This document shows positions 19,589-29,085 of a stretch of 64,000 bases of DNA, piece after piece. How positions within the stretch are numbered: position 1 is the stretch's first letter; the number at the start of each line of letters is the position of its first letter. The stretch spans positions 24,704 through 88,703 of the forward strand of contig CAVPDP010000002.1 of NCBI GenBank assembly GCA_963702665.1. Direction: 5' to 3'. A program made the position numbers and the translations under genes. The DNA comes from an uncultured Chloroflexia bacterium (GTDB taxonomy: Bacteria > Chloroflexota > Ktedonobacteria > Ktedonobacterales > JADMIN01). The notes under the pieces were generated by a model. That model was given only the letters and a program-made list of their open reading frames with translations. It was not told where the DNA came from and made no database searches.

Positions 19589-21093
19589 ATGACGACGACG
19601 ACATCAACCCATGAATACAGACGCCTCGCGCTGTAGAGAATCCACGCAAATACCTCAACTATATCGGCGGCGAATGGCGGGCCAGCGCCTCAGGTGAGCT
19701 ATTCGACAACACCAATCCCGCCCGCACCAGCGAGATCGTGGGACGATTCCAGCGCTCGACGGCAGCGGATATCGACGCGGCCATCGCCGCCGCCGAGAAG
19801 GCGCTGCCCGCGTGGCGCAAGATGCCCGCGCCCCAACGTGGCGAGATCATCCTGCGGGCGGCGTTGCTGCTGGAGGAGCGGCGCGATGAGCTGGCCCGCC
19901 AGATGACGCGTGAGATGGGCAAGCCATTTAAAGAGACGCAGGGCGACATACAGACGGCAATCGACGTGGGCAAGTTCATCGCTGGCGAGGGCCGCCGCGC
20001 CGAGGGGTTCGTCGTGCCATCGGCCATCCCCGACAAGATGAACATGACCATCCGCCAGCCGCTGGGCGTCGTCGGCATCATCACGCCGTGGAACTTCCCG
20101 ATGGCGATCCCCGCATGGAAGACCTTCCCCGCGCTGCTCGCTGGCAATACCGTCGTCCTCAAGCCCGCCAGCGATACGCCGCTCTCCGCCGCCAATCTGG
20201 TCGAGATACTGGTCGAGGCGGGTCTGCCAGCGGGCGTGCTCAACTACGTCACCGGGCCGGGCGGCTCGCTGGGCGATTCCCTCGTCACCGATCCCCGCGT
20301 CGCGATGATCTCGCTGACCGGCTCGACCGAGGTTGGCAAACACGTCGCCGAGCTGTGCGGGCGCGATCTGCGTCGGGTGAGCCTGGAGCTGGGCGGCAAG
20401 AACGCCGTCATCGTGATGGACGACGCCAACCTGGATGAGGCGGTCGCCGCCGTGGCATGGGCGGGCTTCGGCACCACCGGCCAGCGCTGCACCGCCACCA
20501 GCCGCGTCATCGTGCATCAGGCGGTGGCTGCGGCCTTCGCCGAGAAGTTGGTCGCCGCCGCCGAGAAGCTGAAGATTGGCGATGGGCTGCTGCCAGAGAC
20601 CGATATGGGGCCACTGGTCAATCGCGGGCGCGTCGGCGCGGTGCATGAGTACACCGAAATCGGCAAGGCCGAGGGCGCGAAGCTGCTGACCGGCGGCCAC
20701 CCGCTCAACGAGGGCGAACTCGCCGAGGGCGCATTCTACGCGCCAACCGTCTTCACCGATACGACGAAGGATATGCGCATCTCGCAGGAGGAGGTCTTCG
20801 GGCCGTTCGTCTCGATTCTGCCGGTTGCAGACTACGATGAGGCGATTGCCGCCGCCAATTCGACGATGTATGGCCTCTCCTGCGCCATCTTCTCGGAGAA
20901 CTCGCGGGTAGTCTTCCGCGCGATGCGCGACATCAACGCCGGGCTGGTCTACATCAACGCGGGCACGACGGGCGCCGAGCCACACATGCCCTTTGGCGGC
21001 ACGAAGCAGAGCGGCAACGGCCATCGCGAGCTTGGCTGGAAGGCGGTCGAGGAGTTCAGCGAGACCAAGACGGTGTTTGTCTCGTATCCGTAG
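19589..21093 (+). CDS. NAD(P)-dependent aldehyde dehydrogenase, N-terminus needs one frame change near 19615-19634
   Basis: Body 19738..21093 has ITPWNFP, ELGGKNA and GQRCTATSR. The open frame extends upstream (ENPRKYLNYIGGEWR) without a start codon. ATG 19589 with an AAGGGTGAAGAG RBS is in another frame. Confidence 0.85.
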
Positions 21094-21096
21094 ACG

Positions 21097-21317
21097 CCCT
21101 CTCCCCCGGCCCCTCCCCTAAAAGGGAGGGGAGCCAGAGGCAGAGGCAGACATCCCGGCCACGTGCGGACGTGTAGCGACAGCCTGCGAGTTTTGCCCCC
21201 ACCTCCCAGTTATGGCCTCTCTCAGATGATGGGCATAACTGAGGCTGATGGCCACAACTGGCGCACGCTCTGGTTCCCCCTCCCTCTTCAGGGGAGGGGG
21301 CTAGGGGGAGAGGGCGG
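21097..21317. mobile_element. composite GC-rich repeat: arm A plus ~150-bp cargo plus inverted arm A
   Basis: CCCTCTCCCCCGGCCCCTCCCCTAAAAGGGAGGGGAGCCAGAGGCAGAGGCAGA ... CTCTGGTTCCCCCTCCCTCTTCAGGGGAGGGGGCTAGGGGGAGAGGGCGG. It starts 4 nt after the ALDH stop. The cargo contains palindrome copy A. Confidence 0.75.
21189..21261. repeat. two-by-two palindrome, copy A
   Basis: AGTTTTGCCC-CCACCTCC-CAGTTATGGCC-loop-GGGCATAACTG-AGGCTGAT-GGCCACAACTGG. Confidence 0.8.
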
Positions 21318-21327
21318 CGCCCGCACG

Positions 21328-21882
21328 CTACCTGCGCCGGAGCCGTTCCGCCTGCGCGCCGACACGCATGCCACGCCGGAACCAGCGGTAGCGCGCCGGA
21401 AATTCGGCGAGGTTGCTGAACGCGTCGTTGGCGGTGTCGCGCGGATTCGCGGCTATCTCCTGGGCGCTCGCCCGCACCGTCTGCGCCAGATCAACGGCGG
21501 ATTTGCCCGCGCCGCGCACGGAGTCACGGACAGACGCCCGCAGCGATTCGGCGGAGATGCGCGCATTCAGCGCCGCCTGGGCTGCCTTGCGCCGCCCACG
21601 ACGGATTGTCCGTACCGTAGACCAGGTGGCGACGCCGACAATGACCGCGCCGAGCGCTACCGCTGGTACCCACGCAAAGCGGTTCACGTTGCTGTTCTCG
21701 GCAGGCGATGACGTTAATCCCTGAGGCGCCCATGCGCGCTGCGTCGCGTCGGGTGGCGTTGACCTCGTATACGCCTGCTGCGACTCGTCAAGCGCCTCGG
21801 AAATCGTGTCTTCATCATAATGTATCGCGTGCGACGTTACGCCAGGATTCACCGGATTACTCTGTGGCGTCGATCCCTCCAT
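21328..21882 (-). CDS. hypothetical membrane-anchored protein
   Basis: Start at MEGSTPQ (ATG 21880-21882) after GAGGAGGG. Has one TM segment (WVPAVALGAVIVGVATW) and a basic helical C-terminus. Confidence 0.5.
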   Translation of the reverse strand: MEGSTPQSNPVNPGVTSHAIHYDEDTISEALDESQQAYTRSTPPDATQRAWAPQGLTSSPAENSNVNRFAWVPAVALGAVIVGVATWSTVRTIRRGRRKAAQAALNARISAESLRASVRDSVRGAGKSAVDLAQTVRASAQEIAANPRDTANDAFSNLAEFPARYRWFRRGMRVGAQAERLRRR

Positions 21883-22277
21883 GAACGCACCCTCCTCTTC
21901 TTCCCTCGTCGGAATAGCGGCCTCAACTGTCTGACGGGCCTGCTGACAGATCGGTCGCACTTTCCAGGCCAGGGACAGCATCGTCGCCAGCAATCAACGC
22001 GCTTTGGTTCGTGTCGATACGGCTCCCCGCCAAGCCATCGTCGGGTTGACGACGGGAACCGCAGTCGCCAGGCTCGTATCATAGTCATAGTCCACAGCTT
22101 CGCCATGGCATGGCTTCCTCCGTCGCATCATCAGTAGCCAGCGCTGAGGCATTGGGCACGTCAGCGTCGGCTACTCCGTCAGGCTCGGCGAGGGTGGTAT
22201 CCGCCTCGTTATCCGCGTTGGGCGTGGACGCCTCCTCAGCCTGAGTAGTGTCGGCTTCGTTGGCGACAGAATGTTCT

Positions 22278-22811
22278 TCAGTCGGTCGCTCGATGAATGG
22301 CGCGGTTGGGGTCAACGACGATGGTGGGAAAGGCCCGCCTGATGTGTCGGACGTCGGAGCAGGAGCAGACGATAAGCGGTATGGTTTTCGGCGCCGCTGG
22401 CGCTACCACATCAATAGCGTCGCGCTCGACGTTGGTGACCAACGGCCGTTCACTAGCGCTCACGCCACGGCTCGCCTCTGTCGGCGAAAGAAGGGGATGC
22501 GCGCGCACCGGCACATAGCGATCCGGGTTGTACGGAGTCGCTAATTCTGGATGAAGGCGCAAATCTGCCGCAGCCACATCCAGATAGACGACGCTATCGG
22601 TCGCGCGCAACACATGCGTCGCGGGCAACTCCAGACGCTGCGCATGTGCCGTGACGATCACCAGCGCCTGCAATTCACCAGTACGCTGATTCATGATAAT
22701 CTGATGCACCGTGCCGAGCGCCTCATCGGTTCCCATCGCTATGGCGCCACGGCTGATGCGTAGCGCTGTCGTGTGCTGTGGCGTCGCTGGGGATGGTTCC
22801 TCGGTGGCCAT
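22278..22811 (-). CDS. hypothetical protein, possibly PRC-barrel-like
   Basis: Start at MATEEPS (ATG 22809-22811) after GAGGAG. GTVHQIIMNQRTGELQALVIV...LELPATHV resembles PRC-barrel/DUF2171 proteins. The C-terminal end may be frame-disturbed, since it overlaps the acidic ORF 22085..22315. Confidence 0.4.
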   Translation of the reverse strand: MATEEPSPATPQHTTALRISRGAIAMGTDEALGTVHQIIMNQRTGELQALVIVTAHAQRLELPATHVLRATDSVVYLDVAAADLRLHPELATPYNPDRYVPVRAHPLLSPTEASRGVSASERPLVTNVERDAIDVVAPAAPKTIPLIVCSCSDVRHIRRAFPTIVVDPNRAIHRATD

Positions 22812-22905
22812 ACGCTTCTCTCCTCGCGTACTATCGTCGTGGTTCTCACATGCAAGACGAATCAGCGAGGGCAGCGGCGCCACCGAGTTTTCCACCGATA
22901 GCGCG

Positions 22906-24007
22906 CTACCCCGCCGTATCACGCAACCGCACGCCGTGCCCCGGCTGTGTACGATCAAGCGCAAGCGTCATGCCATGCTGGTCGTAGCCGCCGGTGAATG
23001 GGTCATCGGCGAGCAACATGGCGGTATCGAGATCGATATAGTGGAAGCCGCCCAACCCGGCGACGAAATGGGCCGAGGTGGCGATGCCGAGACGTGATTC
23101 GATCATCGCGCCAATCATCAGATCGATATGGGCCGCGCGACAGACGGCGGCGATATCGAGCGCCTCGACGATTCCCGCCTTCATCAGCTTGATATTGACG
23201 ACATTGGCCGCGCCCATCCGCGCGATGCGCAGCGCGTCGGCGGCGGTCTGCACGCTCTCATCGGCGGCCACTGGAATGCCCGCGCGCTCGGTGACGAAGC
23301 GCATGCCCCTCAAGGTCGTGGCGGTGGACAGGCTGCTCGAAGAGGATCGGCTCGACATCTTCCTCCGCCAGCGCGCGCAACAATTCGAGCGCCTCCGATG
23401 GCGTATAGCCCTGGTTGCCATCCAGTATGAGATCGCAGTCGGGCGCGGCCTCGACCAGCGCCAGCACACGGTCGGTGTCGACATCCACATCGGCGCCCAC
23501 TTTGAGTTTGAGCGTGGCCGCGCCGCGATGCGCATGTTCGCGCGCCAGCTCGGCCACCCGCGCGGGCGCGACGATGGGGATGCTGATATCGGTCTCCACC
23601 TGTGACGCGACGCCGCCAAAGAACTGGAACAGTGGGATATCCCAGGAGCGGGTAAGGGCATCCAGAATGGCGACCTCCACACCCGCGCGCGCCGTCGTCT
23701 GGTGCTCGAAGCTCGCCAGCAGGAGCGCCGAAATTGGCCGCCAGGACGCCGCGTCGTGGCCCTCCACCAGCGGAGCCATGCCACGAATCGCCGCGAGCGC
23801 CGTCTCCTGTGTCTCACCGCCGCTCGGCGGGAAGGGCGCGGCCTCACCCAGCCCAACGGAGCCATCGGCCAGCGTGACACGCACCAGCACGTTACGCGCG
23901 GTGTCTACGTGGCCAGTGGCAATCACAAACGGCTCGTGGAGGGGGATATCGAGCGGGTCGGCTTCCAGACGGACGATGGTGGTCGGGGTGCGCGCGGCGC
24001 GGGCCAT
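22906..24007 (-). CDS. mandelate racemase/muconate lactonizing family enzyme (dipeptide epimerase-like), frameshift near 23306
   Basis: The N-terminal capping domain and LKLKVG...DGNQGY are in frame 23258..24064. AADESV...NIKLMKAG...MIGAMIESRLG is in frame 22906..23880. The junction is GAGGGGCATGCGC. Confidence 0.8.
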
Positions 24008-24109
24008 AGAGTACCTCATTCGACAATGACCAATCCAACAGTGGAATGGTCGCGACACGGACATCTACCACACAGTGTCTCACATCCGTGACGCGTGCGG
24101 TAGCCCCGG

Positions 24110-24760
24110 TTATCGAACGCCGTCCCATTCGGCGTAAAACTCGTCGAGAAACGCCTCCATCACCCGCTGGCGCTGCTCGGCGAGTTGACGCGCATAGGCG
24201 GTATTCATGCGCTCTTTGAGCAATAGCAGCTTCTCGTAAAAGTGGTTGATCGTCGGCGTGAGGTGGGTGCGATACTCCTCCGCCGTCATCGTCTCGCGCG
24301 GCGCAACCGTGGGATCATAGAGAATGCGCCCATGCGCGCCACCATAGGCGAAGGCGCGCGCGATGCCAATGGCGCCAATGGCGTCGAGGCGGTCGGCATC
24401 CTGGACGACCAGCCCCTCCAGCGTGCGTGGCGCTGGCTTCTCGCCGCCCGCGAAGGAGATGGCGCCGATGATCTCCAGCACGTGCTCGCGCTCGGCGGCT
24501 GGCGTATCGTGCTCCACGAGCCAGTCGCGCACGTGGGCGATGCCAGTATCCCAGTCGCCCGCGATCTTGGGGTCGGCGATGTCGTGCAGCAGGGCCGCCA
24601 ACTCGCAGACAAATGTATCCGCGCGCTCAGCCTCGGCGATGGTATGCGCCAGCGCCCGCACACGTACGATGTGCCACCAGTCGTGGCCGCTGCTCTCGCC
24701 CGTCAGCGTCTCACGCGCGAAGGTTTCCGCCGCGCCGAGGATGTCCTCCTGATATCGCAT
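24110..24760 (-). CDS. HD-domain phosphohydrolase
   Basis: 216 aa with GHDWWHIVRV...LLHDIAD...DADRLDAIGAIG. Confidence 0.85.
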   Translation of the reverse strand: MRYQEDILGAAETFARETLTGESSGHDWWHIVRVRALAHTIAEAERADTFVCELAALLHDIADPKIAGDWDTGIAHVRDWLVEHDTPAAEREHVLEIIGAISFAGGEKPAPRTLEGLVVQDADRLDAIGAIGIARAFAYGGAHGRILYDPTVAPRETMTAEEYRTHLTPTINHFYEKLLLLKERMNTAYARQLAEQRQRVMEAFLDEFYAEWDGVR

Positions 24761-24813
24761 GCGCTGCTCGCTTTCTGGCTGTGTGGTGGTGGTGGTTCTA
24801 TTGTACCGCGCGG

Positions 24814-24932
24814 CCCTCTCCCCCTAACCCCCTCCCCTAAAAGGGAGGGGGAACCAGAGATGTGCCCGGTCGCCGCGCTGGTCGCCCTGGCCCTCCCCGC
24901 GCCGGGGAGGGTGGCCGAAGGCCGGGAGAGGG
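24814..24932. repeat. GC-rich repeat, arm A plus arm B
   Basis: CCCTCTCCCCCTAACCCCCTCCCCTAAAAGGGAGGGGGAACCAGAG...GCTGGTCGCCCTGGCCCTCCCCGCGCCGGGGAGGGTGGCCGAAGGCCGGGAGAGGG. Confidence 0.9.
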
Positions 24933-25049
24933 CTGCCGCACTCCACGGAGAGCAACGTCCCTTGCGCCGTCCGCAGCAGCGCATACTCGTGCGCTCCCCC
25001 TGTCACCGGGCAGCGGGATGGTTGGGGAGATGTGTCGAGACTTGGCGCG

Positions 25050-25122
25050 CAGTTTTGCCCATCAGCCTCAGTTGTGCCTATATCTGAGATTGGGCACAAC
25101 TGGACGGGTTGGGCACAACTGG
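25050..25122. repeat. two-by-two palindrome, copy B
   Basis: CAGTTTTGCCC-ATCAGCCT-CAGTTGTGCC-TATATCTGAGAT-TGGGCACAACTGG-ACGGGTT-GGGCACAACTGG. About 30 nt to its left is also similar to copy A. Confidence 0.85.
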
Positions 25123-26273
25123 AGAATCCGTTGCGGTATCCCCATGAGTAGGCGTCTCGTCCGTCTTGTCCGCCACTGCTTCTTCCCCCTCTTCCGCCAG
25201 ATACCACCACGCGCGCATCGCCGCCCCATAGCCTCTCCGCTCAGTACCCACGCCAAGCCGCTCGCGCGCGTAACGAAGGGACTTAGGGGTAATTCCCGCC
25301 GCCTCTGCCGCCTGCTCCACCTCCGCCTTCGGGCGTGGCCCATCCGCCAGCGCCTCGTGCAGCCACTCTATCGCCGCCACCCCTTTGGCTGGCCGCCTTC
25401 CCGGCGGCGCTGCGGCTAACAATGTCGTCGCGTCCAGGTCGCACTCCCCCAACCACTCGACCACGGGAACATTCTTCAGATGTGCGCTACTCTCTTCCTC
25501 CAACCCTTCGACCCCCTGTAAGATCGCCGTGAGCTGGTAGCGTAGCGACGGCATCAGTGGGCCAAGATTGCTCTTGATGGATGTCAGCACGCGCTCATGG
25601 TCGGGGTTATCAGGATGCTTCGCCACCAGCAGCCCGGAGCGCGCCGCGCCGATGATGCCGACGGAGCCACCGCCCCGGTGGATGGCGCTCATCCCCGTGG
25701 CTTTGTTCAGGTGGCGCAGAATGAGGATCGCCGACCCGGTCCGCTCGGCCAGCGCCGCCAGCGGAGCCAGCGCCCCCCGCACGTCCTGGTCGCTCCAACT
25801 GTTCACCGCCCCATCCAGGAAGGACATCAACGGGTCAATCACCACCAGCCGCGCCGCCTTGCGCTGGATAGCCTTTTCCAGCCAGGGGATATCGTGTGGC
25901 AGCACGAAGTCGCGTTACAGCGTCCGCCCCGACGCGGCGTCAACCTCCGGCACACCGTAGATAAACCCCACGCGCGCCATATTCGCCGCCGCCAGCCGCA
26001 ACCGGGGCACAATCGTCGCGGAGATACTGTCCTCGGCGGAGAGCAAGACCACACCAGCGCCGCCCTCCACGCCCGCCATCCCCGGCGCGCCCAGGGGCAT
26101 CGCCCGCCCCGTGGAGACCCGCGCCGCCAGATCAATGGTGATGAGCGACTTGCCCAGCCCCGGATCGCCGTCCAGCAGCGTGATCGCTCCCAGCGGGATG
26201 CGGCCCTCCCAGAGCCAGTCTACCTGCGTCTCCGCCACCGCGTCGGCAGATACGAACCATCCGCTGGCCTCAT

Positions 26274-26345
26274 CAGTTGTGCCCATCGCATCAGTTGTGC
26301 CCATATCCTGAGATAGGGCATAACTGGCGTTTTGGGCATAACTGG
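26274..26345. repeat. two-by-two palindrome, copy C (inside the replication pseudogene)
   Basis: CAGTTGTGCCCAT-CGCAT-CAGTTGTGCCCAT-ATCCTGAGATA-GGGCATAACTGG-CGTTTT-GGGCATAACTGG. Confidence 0.85.
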
Positions 26346-26834
26346 GCCCGTGAGCGCCGCCAGACCCGGACAGATGCGACGACGGCCCCAGCCACGAGCG
26401 CACCTGCGCCACCACGCGCTCCCCATCGCCCGCGTTCCCGGTCAGCCGCGACGCCAACGCGGGGCCGCCCGTCACGTTCTCCCCCGCCGCCAGCTTGCGC
26501 GCCGTCCCCCGCGCCTTGCCCCGCCTGCGCCACTCCTCATCCCCCGCCAGCCGCGCCACCAGCTTGACGAAGTCGTCTACCTCGCTCCTCAGCCCAGCCG
26601 ACACGCATGAGCAGCCCGGCGAGGTCTTTGGCCGCCTCGTCGCGCTGTCCCTCGCCCGCCCAGTGGCGAATCAAGAGCGCCGCAGACGCAACCTTCTTGA
26701 CCGCGCGCAGCAGCTCCGGCCCGGAAACGACGCCCGGCTCGCCATCAAGCTCCCAGCGCACCACCTCGCCACTGGGATGTACCGACGGCGGGGCAATCGT
26801 CTGGCAGCCCGTAGACCGTAGTTCGATGAGCATA

Positions 26835-27003
26835 CCCCTCCCGGCCAGACCTCTCCCGGCCTGTCGGCCACCCTCCCCGCGCGGGGAGGGACTGAGCGAC
26901 CAGCGTGGCCATCTGGCGCCACTTCTGGCTCTGCCTCTGGCTCTGCCTCTGGCTCTGCCTCTGGCTCCCCTCCCTCTTTAGGGGAGGGGGTTAGGGGGAG
27001 AGG
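26835..27003. mobile_element. GC-rich repeat (arm B ... (GCCAGAGGCAGA)x~3.5 ... arm A, inverted orientation) inserted in the Prim-Pol coding sequence
   Basis: The sequence matches copies at 24814-24932 and 27508-27621 in reverse complement. The flanking Prim-Pol ORF halves (ending at 26833, starting at 27505) are in the same reading phase. Confidence 0.8.
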
Positions 27004-27507
27004 GCGGTCGCCATCCACGACCCGCTCGCCCGACATCCCCAAACTTCGCCGTCGCCGGAATCTCCCCCGGCTCACCCGGTGCGCCAGCAATCCGATACCA
27101 ATAGTGGCTGGCTGGATTACCTGACCGCCCGGAGACCAGCCCCGTCGCAGGCAGCAGTTCCGCCGCCGCCTGCGCCGCCTCGGACGCGTCACAGTCCACA
27201 TCCACCAGCCCGCCGCTCGGCTCCCCCGTCAGGATGCCGACGTTGTGGCGCAGCCGCCCGTTGACCCCGCCCATCGCGCTGAACCACTTCGGCAACTCGT
27301 TCTCGTCGAGGCGCATCCGTTGCCATTCACTGATCGTCACCCCCTTCTCGCCCGGTCGCACCGGAACCACCCGCCAGCCGCGCCGGGTATACGCCCGCGC
27401 CGCCACCAGGATCGCACTCGCGCCGCTCTCCCCCTCGCTCATCACCGTCCCCATCGTCGCGCCCATCGCCGTTTTCTCCTCTGCCACGTCTGCCATGTCA
27501 TCCACCG

Positions 27508-27621
27508 CCCTCTCCCCCAGCCCCTCCCCTCAAAGGGAGGGGAGCCAGAGCGTGCCAGATGGCCGCACTGGTCGCCTGGTCCCTCCCCTCGTCGGGGAGG
27601 GTGGCCGAAGGCCGGGAGGGG
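27508..27621. repeat. GC-rich repeat, arm A plus arm B
   Basis: CCCTCTCCCCCAGCCCCTCCCCTCAAAGGGAGGGGAGCCAGAGCGTGCCAGATGGCCGCACTGGTCGCCTGGTCCCTCCCCTCGTCGGGGAGGGTGGCCGAAGGCCGGGAGGGG. It abuts the first codon of the Prim-Pol ORF. Confidence 0.9.
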
Positions 27622-27829
27622 TCCGCTGCCCACGAAAAAACGGCGCCCCACCACCCCGCGCGCAGCACAATGCGCGACACGGACAGCGTGGCGCCGTATT
27701 CCGGCTCACCAGCTTCTTCAGCTATGGCAATCAGTATAGAACGTGTGTTTCACTTTCACAAGGCGGCAGCGGCAGCGCGCGGGAGGGTTTTGCCCGATGT
27801 GCCCGGCAACATGCGTCGTTGGGGGCGCC

Positions 27830-27875
27830 TTCTGGTTCCCCCTCCCTTTTAGGGGAGGGGTTAGGGGGAGAGGGC
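27830..27875. repeat. solo arm A of the GC-rich repeat, likely acting as ddl terminator hairpin
   Basis: TCTGGTTCCCCCTCCCTTTTAGGGGAGGGGTTAGGGGGAGAGGGC, 18 nt downstream of the ddl stop (minus strand). Confidence 0.8.
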
Positions 27876-27892
27876 CGAGGGCTGAGGTTCGC

Positions 27893-29038
27893 TCATTCCG
27901 CCGGCGAGTAGCTGGTGCGGTTGCGCTGCTTCTCGGCGTGGCGCTCCAGCCCAAGCTGAATCAGCCGGTCGAGCAGTTGTGGATAGGGCACGCCGCTCGC
28001 CTCCCACAGCTTGGGATACATGCTGATCTGGGTGAAGCCGGGCATCGTGTTGACCTCGTTCAGATAGACCTGGCCGGAGTCTTTGTCGAGGAAGAAATCT
28101 ACCCGCGCCAGGCCAGAGAGATCGAGCGCAAGGAAGGCGTCCACCGCCATCTGGCGCAGCGCCGCCATCGTCTCCGCCGGGATTTCAGCGGGGATGTAGA
28201 GCCGGGAGGCGTTATCGACGTACTTGGCCTTGTAGTCGTAGAACTCGTTGCTCGGCACAATCTCGCCGACGACGCTGGCAATCGGCTCATCGTTGCCCAG
28301 CACGCCACATTCGAGTTCGCGGCAGTTGATGGCTGGCTCGACGATAGCCTTGCGGTCATATTTGAGCGCGTCGGCCACCACGCCCGGCAGTTCCTCGGCG
28401 TTGTGCGCCTTGCCGACGCCGACGCTCGACCCCATGTTGGCGGGCTTGACGAAGACCGCGCCGGGAAAGCGCTCGGTGATGCGCGCGCAGACGGCCTGCG
28501 GGTCGCGCTCGAACTCGACGCGGCGGATGGTCAGCCAGTCGACAATTGGCAGGCCAGCGGAGCGAAAGACCATCTTCGACGTGTCTTTATCCATGCCGAG
28601 CGCCGCGCCCAGCACGCCACAGCCCGCATAGGCGACATCGGCCATCTCCAATAGCCCCTGCAGCGTGCCATCCTCGCCGTAGGTGCCATGCAGCACGGGG
28701 ATAACGATATCGAGCGGACGCTGCGCATGCCGCCCACCTGCCTCCGGGTCATCGTCAGCGCTCGCGACGGGCACGAGACCATTGCTGGTGGGGTCGCCGG
28801 TCATGGTGACGGCGGTCGCCTGACCGCTGCGAACAGCGTCTTCCATCGTCGCGCCCTGGAGCAACGGCTGCGGATCGACGCCCGCCAGCCAGTGTCCCTC
28901 GGCGGTGATGCCAATCGGCACCACCTCGTATTTGTCGCTATCGAGCGCCGCCAGCACCGAGGCCGCCGAGGCAATCGAAACCTCGTGCTCGCCAGAGCGC
29001 CCGCCAAAGATAACCCCAACCCGCAACTTCTCGCCCAT
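27893..29038 (-). CDS. ddl: D-alanine--D-alanine ligase
   Basis: MGEKLRVGVIFGGRSGEHEVSIASA..., ATP-grasp motifs, and EVNTMPGFTQISMYPKLW. The 418-aa ORF start at 29149 lies inside a repeat, so ATG 29036-29038 is preferred. Confidence 0.92.
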   Translation of the reverse strand: MGEKLRVGVIFGGRSGEHEVSIASAASVLAALDSDKYEVVPIGITAEGHWLAGVDPQPLLQGATMEDAVRSGQATAVTMTGDPTSNGLVPVASADDDPEAGGRHAQRPLDIVIPVLHGTYGEDGTLQGLLEMADVAYAGCGVLGAALGMDKDTSKMVFRSAGLPIVDWLTIRRVEFERDPQAVCARITERFPGAVFVKPANMGSSVGVGKAHNAEELPGVVADALKYDRKAIVEPAINCRELECGVLGNDEPIASVVGEIVPSNEFYDYKAKYVDNASRLYIPAEIPAETMAALRQMAVDAFLALDLSGLARVDFFLDKDSGQVYLNEVNTMPGFTQISMYPKLWEASGVPYPQLLDRLIQLGLERHAEKQRNRTSYSPAE

Positions 29039-29085
29039 GATATGCACTTTCTCTTGTTCTCGGCGCCAGCCTACGGCCTCCTCGG

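Larger units (their letters stand above)
25078..27505 (-). pseudogene. decayed bifunctional Prim-Pol / AAA_25 (RepA-like) replication protein gene
   Basis: 26978..27505 is the Prim-Pol N-terminus (RGWRVVPVRPGEKG...GILTGEPSGGLVDVDCD). 26537..26833 continues it (LIELRSTGCQTIAPPSVHPSGE). 25915..26604 is the AAA_25 Walker A region (LLDGDPGLGKS). 25078..25905 holds the rest plus a C-terminal HTH-like tail. Three disruptions: a repeat insertion at 26835-27003, a frameshift near 26585, and an in-frame TAA at 25912-25914. Confidence 0.8.

Noticed and set aside
24862-25419. ORFs that run through the GC-rich repeats. Examples: 7757..8665, 8157 start of the 678-aa serA ORF, 14095..14385, 21163..21711, 24824..25210, 24862..25419, 26671..27201, 27234..27911, 27743..28654 and the 29149 start of ddl.
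   Set aside because: The repeat hairpins are stop-free in several frames and give recurrent GEG/PLPLxG/PSPP peptides. These are repeat read-throughs, not genes, and shorter starts with an RBS were chosen.
26925-26975. Tandem GCCAGAGGCAGA 12-mers (also 14262-14280, 21136-21150), considered as a possible CRISPR or VNTR.
   Set aside because: The units are directly abutting with no spacers and are only about 2-3.5 units long. They are an internal module of the GC-rich repeat family. No cas genes are present.
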